Positions 49,401-61,215 of a stretch of 64,000 nucleotides of DNA are shown here, piece by piece. The stretch is taken from the NCBI GenBank assembly GCA_965277715.1, contig OZ255836.1, forward strand, positions 3,456,001 to 3,520,000. Reading direction: 5' to 3'. Within the stretch, counting starts at the first letter, position 1. Each line of letters begins with the position of its first letter. This DNA comes from Gammaproteobacteria bacterium (GTDB taxonomy: Bacteria; Pseudomonadota; Gammaproteobacteria; JBCCGL01). The notes beneath the pieces were generated by a model. It searched no databases, was not told where the DNA came from, and saw only the letters and a list, made by a program, of their open reading frames with translations. The position numbers and the translations under genes are program-made.

Positions 49401-52026
49401 AACATCAATGGAGAGTTCACTGCCGCACAGGCAGCTTAGAAATGATGCACTGCACGTAATGCTTCTGTTCTTGCGTTCACTGCCGCACAGGCAGCTTAGA
49501 AAAACAGGAACAGGAAAATCTATTGTCATTGCATCGTTCACTGCCGCACAGGCAGCTTAGAAAAGTAACTACTATTGCACCCGGCGCAGCTACCCGTTCA
49601 CTGCCGCACAGGCAGCTTAGAAAGTTAAATCGCTTCCATCTTGCGTGTTGGGTTTGTTCACTGCCGCACAGGCAGCTTAGAAATTTTACCCGACTCATAA
49701 TGAATACACCCCTCTGTTCACTGCCGCACAGGCAGCTTAGAAAACCAAAATCATTTAAAAATTGTTAACCCCACAGTTCACTGCCGCACAGGCAGCTTAG
49801 AAAATATCATAATCCCAGACCCATTCCTTCTAGCGGTTCACTGCCGCACAGGCAGCTTAGAAAGTACTCGAATCGTGACGTAGGCCCGCCTAAAAGTTCA
49901 CTGCCGCACAGGCAGCTTAGAAAGTTTCCCGCTGTTTGCTCAACATTCATCTCCGGTTCACTGCCGCACAGGCAGCTTAGAAATTTCTGCAAAAACTTCC
50001 AGGTCTTCTTTTACAGTTCACTGCCGCACAGGCAGCTTAGAAATTTTGCTGTTTCTTTGTATTCAACATTACCTCGTTCACTGCCGCACAGGCAGCTTAG
50101 AAATGAAAAATCCGGCACATGTTGAAGCAGATGAAGTTCACTGCCGCACAGGCAGCTTAGAAAGTTTGGCACGATGGAGTTGACGGAGGTTGGTAGTTCA
50201 CTGCCGCACAGGCAGCTTAGAAAGCTTAGCTTTAACACCACGAGAGACCACTATGGTTCACTGCCGCACAGGCAGCTTAGAAATTATCCCAAATCGCAAT
50301 ATTATGATAATAAACGTTCACTGCCGCACAGGCAGCTTAGAAAACTTAACACCTCGATTGCATTTATAATTAGCAGTTCACTGCCGCACAGGCAGCTTAG
50401 AAATAGTCTACGTGCATATAAATTTTATCGTCTATGTTCACTGCCGCACAGGCAGCTTAGAAAGTTAAATTCCGTTCTAAATATCATCGATGTTAGTTCA
50501 CTGCCGCACAGGCAGCTTAGAAAAAATTGCCTTGGTCACTCGCCAACGCTTTGGAGTTCACTGCCGCACAGGCAGCTTAGAAATTTTTTTGTTATATGTC
50601 TAACCGCTTCTAATAGTTCACTGCCGCACAGGCAGCTTAGAAAGGATTGGACGGTTGGAATGAAGGCCGGGTTGTGTTCACTGCCGCACAGGCAGCTTAG
50701 AAATGATTATTATCCCGCTTCATTACCAACCTCCGTGTTCACTGCCGCACAGGCAGCTTAGAAAACTGTTGTGTAACGGGCTTAATGAAGAGTGGCGTTC
50801 ACTGTCGCACAGGCAGCTTAGAAATTTATTGATATAGCAATCCTGCTGCATTTGATGTTCACTGCCGCACAGGCAGCTTAGAAATCTGCGCTAGGCATTT
50901 TTAAATTAATTCGTGAGTTCACTGCCGCACAGGCAGCTTAGAAAAGAATATACGGGTAATCAAACCGACAACCGTTCACTGCCGCACAGGCAGCTTAGAA
51001 ATCCCCATGAGCCGCGTATTCAAAAGCGACCATGTTCACTGCCGCACAGGCAGCTTAGAAAACATTTTGTCGAGCCGGTGCAGATTTTATTGCCGTTCAC
51101 TGCCGCACAGGCAGCTTAGAAATCTAGCGGCTATTGGTACGCCGCACATTCCCACGTTCACTGCCGCACAGGCAGCTTAGAAACGGTTCGCAAAGCCAAA
51201 CACTCAATCTCGAATGTTCACTGCCGCACAGGCAGCTTAGAAATGCAAAAAAGCCGGTGCAACTATTAGAATGCAGTTCACTGCCGCACAGGCAGCTTAG
51301 AAATCATCAGCCCGCACCCACTTGTCCCCATTCCTGTTCACTGCCGCACAGGCAGCTTAGAAACTCGAATAATAAATTTATTAATAGTGCTATCGGTTCA
51401 CTGCCGCACAGGCAGCTTAGAAATTGTGATGAGTTTGGGTGCCACCGTTTTGGACTGTTCACTGCCGCACAGGCAGCTTAGAAAATTCGTCGCCCATCGC
51501 AGTAATTGCAGTAGAAATGTTCACTGCCGCACAGGCAGCTTAGAAAATAACGACGGCTGAAACGTTTAATTTATCAAAGTTCACTGCCGCACAGGCAGCT
51601 TAGAAAACTTGGTTCGGGGCCGATTTTCGGCCAATAGAGTTCACTGCCGCACAGGCAGCTTAGAAAGGGACAAAATATTTTGTTGATGACCTGGAACGGT
51701 TCACTGCCGCACAGGCAGCTTAGAAAGTTAGCCCTTTTGGGAACTTATACCCGGGCTTGTTCACTGCCGCACAGGCAGCTTAGAAATGTAGAATCAAACA
51801 CCGCCATGTGTACCGCTAGTTCACTGCCGCACAGGCAGCTTAGAAAATTTAAAGCAGTGTATCAAACTGCAAATGACTGTTCACTGCCGCACAGGCAGCT
51901 TAGAAAGTACAGCTCCGTCACGCGTCTTTGTAGCGTGTGTTCACTGCCGCACAGGCAGCTTAGAAAGTCTGGAGTGATTAAGTGGTCTGACGCTAACTGT
52001 TCACTGCCGCACAGGCAGCTTAGAAA
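43467..52026 (+). CRISPR. Type I-F CRISPR array, 143 repeats / 142 spacers
   Basis: 28-bp repeat GTTCACTGCCGCACAGGCAGCTTAGAAA with a CTGCC/GGCAG stem; spacers mostly 32 nt, some 33, one 29 (50945-50973) and one 34 (51485-51518); one variant repeat seen (C>T at 50805). Confidence 0.99.
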
Positions 52027-52045
52027 ACTGTAAATTAGTGAATTA

Positions 52046-52309
52046 GGAACGTGCACGAAACAAATTCCGGGGTTTGCAAATGTATCGATTTACCTTATAG
52101 CTGAGTTGGCTGAGTGTTATTAACAAATAGCGCATTATCTAAATAACATGATAAAAGTGGACATTATTTTGTGTACGTTCCATAACGTCCTACGCTGCCC
52201 ACATAGAATAAAGAGTAGACGTTAGCTTACCTTTTATTAATCTTTGTATTTATTCGTGGTGCTGTAGGGGTTTCGTTCGCGAGGCGTAAGTGTCTTTCTC
52301 CACTGTATA
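52046..52309 (-). repeat. Family A repeat (136-bp MITE-like unit 52046-52181 plus flank)
   Basis: Inverted copy of 8613-8872; TIR GGAACGTGCACGAAACAA ... TTATTTTGTGTACGTTCC. Confidence 0.85.
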
Positions 52310-52580
52310 CAGCGCGAAGCTGTGGTGAGCGTTGGGGAAAAGTCAATGCAAGAACATTGGCAGGTAAGATACACGAGAGACGAGTAAACCCGAATACGTG
52401 TTGACGTGTCGAAACCAAATTGACAAGACATCAGAACCAGGGGCGGGAGGTAGAACTGGGATAAGTCTGTGCGTGAATGCCGAATGCGGCGCAGGCGGTG
52501 TCTGGCATACAGTGTACGTGACTGTGTATCAGGCTTTTTATGGGAACTGTGGGAACCAGTCGTTGTGATGCAAAGAACGC

Positions 52581-52721
52581 CTAATTATCATCCTCCAATA
52601 TCCGCTGAGCCGGTCCCTCCAAATCATCAAACTGGCCACTTTGCACAGCCCAAAAAAACACCCCCACAATAAGACCTGCGAGCAACATTGCTATCGGAAT
52701 CAACAGAAAGAGAATATCCAT
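52581..52721 (-). CDS. ccoS: cbb3 oxidase maturation protein CcoS
   Basis: MDILFLLIP...FFWAVQSGQFDDLEGPAQRILEDD. Confidence 0.93.
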   Translation of the reverse strand: MDILFLLIPIAMLLAGLIVGVFFWAVQSGQFDDLEGPAQRILEDDN

Positions 52722-52728
52722 CCCGCTG

Positions 52729-55050
52729 CTAGCCGCCCCCTCGCGCTCGTCGCAAACGCGAGGCATTTAACACAACCACCAAAGAACTTATCGACATACC
52801 GATAGCCGCCATCCACGGCGTGGTGTAACCCAAGGCGGCAAGCGGTAACGCGGTAGCATTATAGGCAATCGCCCAGACAACATTCTGTCGCACAATGGTC
52901 AGCGCCCGCTGCGCAGTGTGCAACCCGATGGCGAAGGCCGGAAGGTGATTGTTGAGCAACACCAGATCGGCGTTGGTCACTGCAATATCAGTACCCTCTG
53001 CCATCGCCACCGACACATCGGCGCGTGCCATCGCCGGGGAGTCGTTGTCGCCGTCTCCGAGCATCGCGACAACCGCGCCCGTGTCTTGCAGGCGGTGGAT
53101 GTGATCGAGCTTGTCGGCTGGGCTAAGCCGGTAGTGAAATGTGCTGATACCCGCCTGGTTGGCTATGCGCGACACGGCCATCTGGCTGTCTCCAGAGAGT
53201 ATCGATACCGCCTTACCGGCACATTTGAGCTCATCGACCAGGCGTGCCGCCTCTGGGCAAAGCTGATCGACAAAGGAAAATGCTGCCACCAGCGTGCCGC
53301 CGCGCATCAGCAGTGATTGGGTGCCGCCAGTGGTTGCATCTTCAGACACCGACCTGAAAACATCGGCAGCCACATCCAGAGCGGTAACTTCGACCAGGTA
53401 GTCGAGTGAACCGAGGTGCCAACGCTGGCCCGCTATCGTCGCGGCCATGCCCACCCCCGGCGTGATGACCACGTCGCTCACGCGCAGAGTTTCATCACCG
53501 CTCGTGTGTGTGTGGAATTGGCACAGCGCCCGCGCCACTGGGTGTTGTGCGTGGTGGCCGATGGCGGCGGCGATACGCAGTGCGGTGTGTTGATCGAGGT
53601 CGGCGAGCACGCGTGTATTGCACAATTGCAACACGCCATCGCTGAGCGTGCCGGTCTTGTCGAATACCACGTGGGTGACACGCGCCAGCGTCTCCAGTGC
53701 GCCAGCGCGGGTGGGTAACAAGCCATTCCCGGCGAGTGCTGCACTGGCGGCGCTTATCGCCGCCGGTGCGGCCAGCGACAAAGCACAGGGACAGGTGATG
53801 ATCAATACGGCGACGGTGGTCGATAGCCAGTCGGCGTCACCGGCAAGCCACCAGTACGCGGCCACCAGGGCGGCGATGGCGATCACAGCGGCGATGAAGT
53901 AACCGGCGATACGGTCGGTAAACTGCAACAGGGGTGGTCTTTCGCTCTGCGCACGCGTCAGCAGGCGCTGCAACTGGCTGGCGAAGCTGTCGTCCAGCGA
54001 TTCGGCCACGCCGATCAGTAGCTCGCCCTCAAGGTTGATCGAGCCGCCGATAACGGTGGCGCCGACGCACCTGGCGACCGGGGCACTCTCGCCAGTCAGC
54101 AGTGACTCATCGACGCAGCCACTGCCCTCCAGTACATGACCGTCGACCGGCACTGCCTGCCCTGGCAACACCCGCACCCGGTCACCGGGGCGTAGTTCAA
54201 GCGCCGCTACCCGCTCGATAGTGCCGCTCACATCGACCCGCGACGCCATTTCCGGCAGCGCCCGCTGCCAGGCGGTAGCCGCACGTGTGGCGCGAATGCG
54301 CACCAGCAGTTCAACGTGCCGCGCAGTGAGCAGTAAAAAGGTGAACATTGCCACCGAGTCGAAATAGATTTCCCCCCGCCCCTGGTAGACGGCCCCTATG
54401 CTGGCGACGAAAGCGAGGGCAATGCCCAAACTGACGGGTGCGTCCATCGTCAGCCGCCCGGTTTTTGCACCGCGCCAGGCGGCGCGGAAAAACGGCCCGG
54501 CGCTATACGCCACCACTGGCAGGCACAGCAGCAGGCTGGCCCAGCGAATCAGCGCCGCGTAACGGGGATCGATGGCACCGTCCGCCAGATACAGGGCGAC
54601 CGCCAGCATCATCACTTGCATACCGAATACGCCCGCGACCGCCAGGCGTTTGAGCGAGTGGCGGTACTCGCTGTCGAGCTGCTCGCGCTGCCGATGCGGC
54701 GCGTAGGGGCTGGCGCTGTAACCCAGGGCATCGATGGCACCGATGATGTCTGCAAGCGCTGCCGAACCCGCCTGCCACACCACACGCGCCTGGCGGGTGG
54801 CGTAGTTTATCGACACTGACTCTACGCCCGCCTGGCGCTGTAAGTGACGCTCGATTGCGCCAATACAGGCGGCGCAGCGAATCCCCGCCACCGCCAGCGT
54901 CACCTCGCACCGCTCCTGCGGCAGGTGCCTGACGAAACGATCGCGCAGTGCCGGGCGGTCATAATCATCGGCCTGGCCCGGTCGGTTACCCGGTCGGCGG
55001 CCTGGCCGGTTAAAAATAGTCGCCGCGCCAACGGTGGTATCGAATGACAC
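52729..55050 (-). CDS. ccoI: Cu-translocating P1B ATPase CcoI/FixI
   Basis: CAAC HMA domain, TGES, CPCALSLA, DKTGT; position in the cco cluster. Confidence 0.93.
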   Translation of the reverse strand: MSFDTTVGAATIFNRPGRRPGNRPGQADDYDRPALRDRFVRHLPQERCEVTLAVAGIRCAACIGAIERHLQRQAGVESVSINYATRQARVVWQAGSAALADIIGAIDALGYSASPYAPHRQREQLDSEYRHSLKRLAVAGVFGMQVMMLAVALYLADGAIDPRYAALIRWASLLLCLPVVAYSAGPFFRAAWRGAKTGRLTMDAPVSLGIALAFVASIGAVYQGRGEIYFDSVAMFTFLLLTARHVELLVRIRATRAATAWQRALPEMASRVDVSGTIERVAALELRPGDRVRVLPGQAVPVDGHVLEGSGCVDESLLTGESAPVARCVGATVIGGSINLEGELLIGVAESLDDSFASQLQRLLTRAQSERPPLLQFTDRIAGYFIAAVIAIAALVAAYWWLAGDADWLSTTVAVLIITCPCALSLAAPAAISAASAALAGNGLLPTRAGALETLARVTHVVFDKTGTLSDGVLQLCNTRVLADLDQHTALRIAAAIGHHAQHPVARALCQFHTHTSGDETLRVSDVVITPGVGMAATIAGQRWHLGSLDYLVEVTALDVAADVFRSVSEDATTGGTQSLLMRGGTLVAAFSFVDQLCPEAARLVDELKCAGKAVSILSGDSQMAVSRIANQAGISTFHYRLSPADKLDHIHRLQDTGAVVAMLGDGDNDSPAMARADVSVAMAEGTDIAVTNADLVLLNNHLPAFAIGLHTAQRALTIVRQNVVWAIAYNATALPLAALGYTTPWMAAIGMSISSLVVVLNASRLRRARGGG

Positions 55051-55052
55051 GG

Positions 55053-55235
55053 CTATTCCCCTGTGTAGTAGCGGGATACCGGTTCGCTATCGGTGACCAG
55101 GCCGTCGTCACTGACAATAGCGATCACGATGGTCACTGCGCAGGCGACCACGGTGGCGGCTGGAATGGCAATCAGTGCCCAGGGCCAGAATTGCCTATAC
55201 CAGGGTATAGGGTCGCTTTTAGCGTGTGTGTACAT
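55053..55235 (-). CDS. ccoH: Short CcoH/FixH
   Basis: PWYRQFWPWALIAIP...DDGLV FixH N-terminus; only 60 aa. Confidence 0.75.
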   Translation of the reverse strand: MYTHAKSDPIPWYRQFWPWALIAIPAATVVACAVTIVIAIVSDDGLVTDSEPVSRYYTGE

Positions 55236-55261
55236 GGCTATTCTCCTGTGTGAGGATACGC

Positions 55262-56659
55262 TTATAAATCTGGCGCCGGGCCTAGAAACCGGGCGGGTTC
55301 CCGCCGCTGCAATACCGGCTCACCGTGCGTACTGATGGAAAAGAAAATCTCGCTGCTGCGTGCCTTTAGCACGCGGGGGTCGGCGCGCAGGCTGATAACG
55401 CTGGAAAGCACCTCACCCGCCGGGGCGCTGAATGTATCTGCGCCGACCAGTTGCAAACCGGGTATTCCATCGACGCCAAGCGAGTAGTCGTGCGTGCGGG
55501 TATCCATATTGATAATGCGCAGGGTATAGGTATTTTCCACCCACCCCTCAGGGGTTTCGCGGTACAGGGTATTGCGGTCACGGATAATATCCAGCTCCAG
55601 CGGCACACGCGCATGTAACCCAAGCCCCAGCACAGCGATCAACAGCACTAACAACACAGCGTAGATCAGTGTACGTGGCCGCACGATGCGGCTGAGCCCG
55701 CCCTGCAGTGCGTTTTGGGTGGTGTAGCGAATCAACCCCTGGGGGCGCCGTACTTTGCCCATCACCGTATCGCAGACATCGATACACGCCGCGCAGCCGA
55801 TGCACTGGTACTGTAGGCCGTCGCGGATATCGATGCCGGTAGGGCAAACCTGTACGCACAGGGTGCAATCGACGCAGTCGCCAGTTGCGCCACGCGGCTC
55901 ACCGCGTGTTGGGTCGTAGGCGATAATCAGTGTGTCGCGATCAAACATGGCGCTTTGAAAGCGTGCATAGGGGCACATATAGAGGCACACCTGCTCGCGC
56001 ATCCAGCCAGCGTTACCGTAAGTGGCAAACCCGTAAAACAACAACCAGAAGAGTTCCCAGGGCCCCAGGCTGGCGTCGAGTATTTCCGCCATCAGCGTGT
56101 ATGAAGGCGTGAAGTAGGCGACAAATGTAAACCCTGTGAATAACGATAACAGCAACCAGATCGCATGCTTTAACGACTTTCTGGCGAATGTCTCGGTATT
56201 CATGGGCGCCCGGTCACGCTTGATCTGCTGGTTGCGGCTGCCCTCGACCCTGGCTTCGATCCACAGAAACAACTCGGTCCAGACGGTCTGCGGGCAGGCG
56301 TAGCCACACCATAGGCGCCCGGCCAGCGCCGTGAAAAAAAACAGCGACAGCGCGCACAGGATCAAAAAACCGGCGAGCAATAGAAAATCCTGCGGCCAGA
56401 AGACCGTGCCAAACAAATAGAATTTGCGCGCTGGCAGATCGAACAATACTGCCTGGTGAACCGCCTGATAAGCGGCCTGATGAGCTACCTGTTCGGCACC
56501 CGTCACCAGCAGAGGCCACTGCAACCAGGGCAGCGTGTAAAACAGGCCCAGCAACACCAGCACACCGGTAACCCGCAGGCGCGCATAGATACCGCTAACC
56601 GCACGCGGATAGATCTTCTCACGCTTTTGATACAGGGTGACGGGGGCGCTATCAGCCAC
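55262..56659 (-). CDS. ccoG: CcoG/FixG 4Fe-4S protein
   Basis: CGYACPQTVW, CLYMCPY, CVDCTLCVQVCPTGIDIR, CIGCAACIDVC. Confidence 0.96.
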   Translation of the reverse strand: MADSAPVTLYQKREKIYPRAVSGIYARLRVTGVLVLLGLFYTLPWLQWPLLVTGAEQVAHQAAYQAVHQAVLFDLPARKFYLFGTVFWPQDFLLLAGFLILCALSLFFFTALAGRLWCGYACPQTVWTELFLWIEARVEGSRNQQIKRDRAPMNTETFARKSLKHAIWLLLSLFTGFTFVAYFTPSYTLMAEILDASLGPWELFWLLFYGFATYGNAGWMREQVCLYMCPYARFQSAMFDRDTLIIAYDPTRGEPRGATGDCVDCTLCVQVCPTGIDIRDGLQYQCIGCAACIDVCDTVMGKVRRPQGLIRYTTQNALQGGLSRIVRPRTLIYAVLLVLLIAVLGLGLHARVPLELDIIRDRNTLYRETPEGWVENTYTLRIINMDTRTHDYSLGVDGIPGLQLVGADTFSAPAGEVLSSVISLRADPRVLKARSSEIFFSISTHGEPVLQRREPARFLGPAPDL

Positions 56660-56668
56660 GGAAAAGCG

Positions 56669-56956
56669 TCACGGCGGGGTGAATCGACTGGGGGGAAGCC
56701 CCCGCTCAGTGGGCGCGATAAATACCAGGCAGAATACGCTGGCCAAAACCGCCTGCGCCCACAGGAAGAAAAAGCTCAGCGAGTAGATGGCAATATTCGA
56801 AACGCCCAACAGCCCCGCCGCTGCGGCGATGCGCGAGGGTTCGACAATAGCGTACAGCAGCACCAGTGCCACGCCAGCGCTGACGAATGATGGCCACAAT
56901 ACCGCGATCAGCACCTGCCGCAGCACCAGTGTTTTTAGATAGTCGTAGCGGAGCAT
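56669..56956 (-). CDS. Small membrane protein of cco clusters
   Basis: IAVLWPSFVSAG...YSLSFFFLW; lies between ccoP and ccoG. Confidence 0.65.
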   Translation of the reverse strand: MLRYDYLKTLVLRQVLIAVLWPSFVSAGVALVLLYAIVEPSRIAAAAGLLGVSNIAIYSLSFFFLWAQAVLASVFCLVFIAPTERGLPPSRFTPP

Positions 56957-56980
56957 ACCAACAGCCGATAGCGCGCCGCG

Positions 56981-57886
56981 CTATTGCGACACGGCGGGGC
57001 GCACGTTGCTCAGGCTATACACATAGCCCGCCAGCAGGTGCACCTTATCGTCACCCAGTAATTCACCGTGCGCTGGCATCACCCCATGACGGCCATCGCG
57101 GATGGAGGTCTGCACGGTGGTGGGGAAACCGCTGTACAACCACTCGTTATCGGCTAGATTGGGCGCGCCCAAGGCCTGGTTGCCGCGCCCATCGGCCCCA
57201 TGACAACTCACGCAAAGCGCGAAATGCCTGGCGCCCTCGCGGCGCAGGATTTCACTGACTGGCCTGCCCGACAGGCTGAGCACATAGGCGGTGACTTCTT
57301 TTACGCCGCTTTCACCCAGCACCGCACCAAACGCGGGCATCACACCGCTACGCCCCTGCGCGATGCTCGTAGTGATCGCTTCCGGCGCGCCGCCGTACAG
57401 CCAGACATTATCGGCCAGATTCGGAAAGCCACGCGCACCCTTGGCGTCCGAGCCGTGACAGGTGGCGCAGTAGTTGAGAAATAGGCGTCGACCAATATCG
57501 ACTGCCGATGGGTCCTCTGCAAGCCCGGCTACCGGCGTGCCCGCATACTTGGCAAACAGTGGCCCATAACGCACGTCTGCCTCTGCCAGTTCGGCTTGAT
57601 AGGCGCCGTGCTGCGACCAGCCCAAGATGCCCGCAAACCGCCCCATACCGGGGTATAACAACAGGTAGCCAATGCTGAAAAATAAGGTGATGTAGAACAG
57701 CCACAGCCACCAGCGCGGCAGGGGGTTATTGTACTCACACAGATCGCCATCCCAGTAATGCCCCGTGTGATCACCTTGCGCCGCTTCGCCCTTGCGCGGT
57801 TTTTGCGTCCACCAGATCAACCAGAAGCAGGCGGCGATATTGATCGTCGTCAGTACTACAACCCAGCCATTCCAAAAACCACTCAT
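56981..57886 (-). CDS. ccoP: cbb3 oxidase subunit III
   Basis: GHYWDG..EYNNPLPRWW; two CxxCH motifs. Confidence 0.97.
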   Translation of the reverse strand: MSGFWNGWVVVLTTINIAACFWLIWWTQKPRKGEAAQGDHTGHYWDGDLCEYNNPLPRWWLWLFYITLFFSIGYLLLYPGMGRFAGILGWSQHGAYQAELAEADVRYGPLFAKYAGTPVAGLAEDPSAVDIGRRLFLNYCATCHGSDAKGARGFPNLADNVWLYGGAPEAITTSIAQGRSGVMPAFGAVLGESGVKEVTAYVLSLSGRPVSEILRREGARHFALCVSCHGADGRGNQALGAPNLADNEWLYSGFPTTVQTSIRDGRHGVMPAHGELLGDDKVHLLAGYVYSLSNVRPAVSQ

Positions 57887-58158
57887 TGCCTGTCCTCTGT
57901 CGGTAGCTTTGTCGGTGCTGTCGATTGCTTACCCGGCGGGGGCGTATCACTCAGCGTATCCTCAAACGTATTGCCAGGGTGATTACCGAGCGCTGAAGCC
58001 TGGTGTAGGCGCGTATCCTTGTCACTGAATATCTGCCGGGCGCTGTCATCGAAACGCTGGTGTTGACGGGCTGACCAGGCCCATACCCAGACGCCGATAA
58101 AGGCGCTAAAGGTGAGCAGTGTCAGAATGGCGCGAAGGGTGTTGATATCCACGATCAC
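57883..58158 (-). CDS. ccoQ: cbb3 oxidase subunit IV, with C-terminal extension
   Basis: [30 protein letters not shown]. Confidence 0.88.
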   Translation of the reverse strand: MIVDINTLRAILTLLTFSAFIGVWVWAWSARQHQRFDDSARQIFSDKDTRLHQASALGNHPGNTFEDTLSDTPPPGKQSTAPTKLPTEDRQ

Positions 58159-58769
58159 CTCCTGGTTTTGACGAAAATGCCGAGGTGTTGAAGGTACTCG
58201 ACCAGTGCATCGAGCTCGCTCTTGCCCATCACCGCCCCGGCAGCGGCGTCGATCTCACTGTCGCTATAGGGCTGGCCGAGGCGCTGTAGCGTGCGCATAT
58301 GCCGCTGTATTGCCTCGCCGTCGACATCGTTATCGCGCAGCCATGGGTAGGAAGGCATATTCGACTCCGGCACCACGCTGCGTGGGTCTATCAGGTGTTG
58401 GCGCTGCCAGTCATCGCTGTAGCGGCCACCGACCCGCGCCAGATCCGGCCCGGTGCGTTTGGAGCCCCATTGAAACGGGCGGTCATAGACAAACTCGCCC
58501 GCCAGCGAGTAGTGGCCGTAGCGCTCGGTCTCGGCGCGAAACGGGCGAATCATCTGTGAGTGGCAGTTGTAGCAGCCTTCGCGTATGTAGATATCCCGGC
58601 CGGCGAGCTGTAGCGCGGGGTAGGGTTTGAGACCACTGACCGGCTGGGTGGTGTCTTTTAGAAACATCAGCGGAACAATTTCTACCAGGCCCCCAAAGCT
58701 GATAACAATGACAATAAAAATAATCATCAGGCCAATGTTTTTCTCAACGAGGGCATGACTTTGACTCAT
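58155..58769 (-). CDS. ccoO: cbb3 oxidase subunit II
   Basis: [32 protein letters not shown]; GGAG RBS before MSQSH. Confidence 0.97.
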   Translation of the reverse strand: MSQSHALVEKNIGLMIIFIVIVISFGGLVEIVPLMFLKDTTQPVSGLKPYPALQLAGRDIYIREGCYNCHSQMIRPFRAETERYGHYSLAGEFVYDRPFQWGSKRTGPDLARVGGRYSDDWQRQHLIDPRSVVPESNMPSYPWLRDNDVDGEAIQRHMRTLQRLGQPYSDSEIDAAAGAVMGKSELDALVEYLQHLGIFVKTRR

Positions 58770-58794
58770 CTCGGTCTCCTGGTGGTACGGCCCG

Positions 58795-60276
<1,482 letters not shown>

Positions 60277-60337
60277 CCGTATTGGCTCTGGGTAACTGGC
60301 ATAAACGATACCCTGCCGCAAAAAAACCTAACGGTTA

Positions 60338-60351
60338 TTGATCTAGGTCAA
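60338..60351. promoter_or_regulatory. FNR/Anr box
   Basis: TTGATCTAGGTCAA (consensus TTGAT-N4-ATCAA) between divergent ccoN and fnr. Confidence 0.85.
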
Positions 60352-60414
60352 CTACAGTGCTGATATAGTACGTTTTAAGCGCACGCCCCCGCCGCAACCC
60401 ATTCGAGGCATAAT

Positions 60415-61140
60415 GTGAAACTCACCGACATCAACGTTTCCTGTCAGTCCTGTAGTCTGTCTGAATTATGCCTGCCGCGTGGCTTAAACAGCCGGGAAAT
60501 GGAGGAGCTGGATAGTGTGATCGATCACAAGCACAGCTGTGAGCAGCACGCCTACCTATACAGTAACGGGGAGCCGCTACGCGCCATCTATGCAGTGCAC
60601 TCGGGTTCCTTTAAAGCCACAGTGACCACGCCCGAAGGTGCCGAACAAATACTGGGGTTTTATCTTCCCGGTGAGTTGCTCGGCCTGGATGCCTTTGCCG
60701 GGCAACAACATAGCTGTAACGCCATCGCACTGGAGCAATCCACCGTGTGCGAGCTGCCATTTCCCGACTTCGATACCCTGTGTGGAGAACTGCAGGGCCT
60801 TCGCCGTCAACTAATGTGCCTTGTCGGGCGGGAGATAACCAACAGTAACCACATGTTGCTGGCGCTGGGGCAGATGACAGCCGAGGAACGCCTGGCGACA
60901 TTTTTACTCAGCCTGTCGCGCCGCTTTGCTGTGCGCGGTTTTTCCGCCACCTCCTTTAACCTGACAATGTCCAGGCAAGACCTCGCCAACTACCTGGGCA
61001 TAGCGATAGAAACAGTGAGCCGGTTATTCACCCGCATGCAGGAAAAGCATTTACTGGTGGTGGACCGGCGCAGCATCCACCTAAAAAACCTGCCGCGCCT
61101 ACAGGCGCTCGCTCACGATCACTGCACCACCGCCAACTGA
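60415..61140 (+). CDS. fnr: FNR/Anr oxygen-sensing regulator
   Basis: N-terminal CQSCSLSELC Cys cluster, VCE, ETVSR HTH. Confidence 0.95.
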   Translation: MKLTDINVSCQSCSLSELCLPRGLNSREMEELDSVIDHKHSCEQHAYLYSNGEPLRAIYAVHSGSFKATVTTPEGAEQILGFYLPGELLGLDAFAGQQHSCNAIALEQSTVCELPFPDFDTLCGELQGLRRQLMCLVGREITNSNHMLLALGQMTAEERLATFLLSLSRRFAVRGFSATSFNLTMSRQDLANYLGIAIETVSRLFTRMQEKHLLVVDRRSIHLKNLPRLQALAHDHCTTAN

Positions 61141-61215
61141 AAACGCCAAAGCCGTAATAGTCAGTGCACGTGCAAGCCTAAACCTATCTGGCAACACACT
61201 TAGACCGGTGCCTTA

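Noticed and set aside
43583-52056. Many ORFs with SLPHRQLR / FLSCLCGSE / VHCRTGSLE repeats
   Set aside because: Translations of the CRISPR repeat, not genes
52227-52672. Short ORFs downstream of the array as candidate anti-CRISPR or cas genes
   Set aside because: They overlap repeat family A or ccoS antisense and show no recognisable motifs
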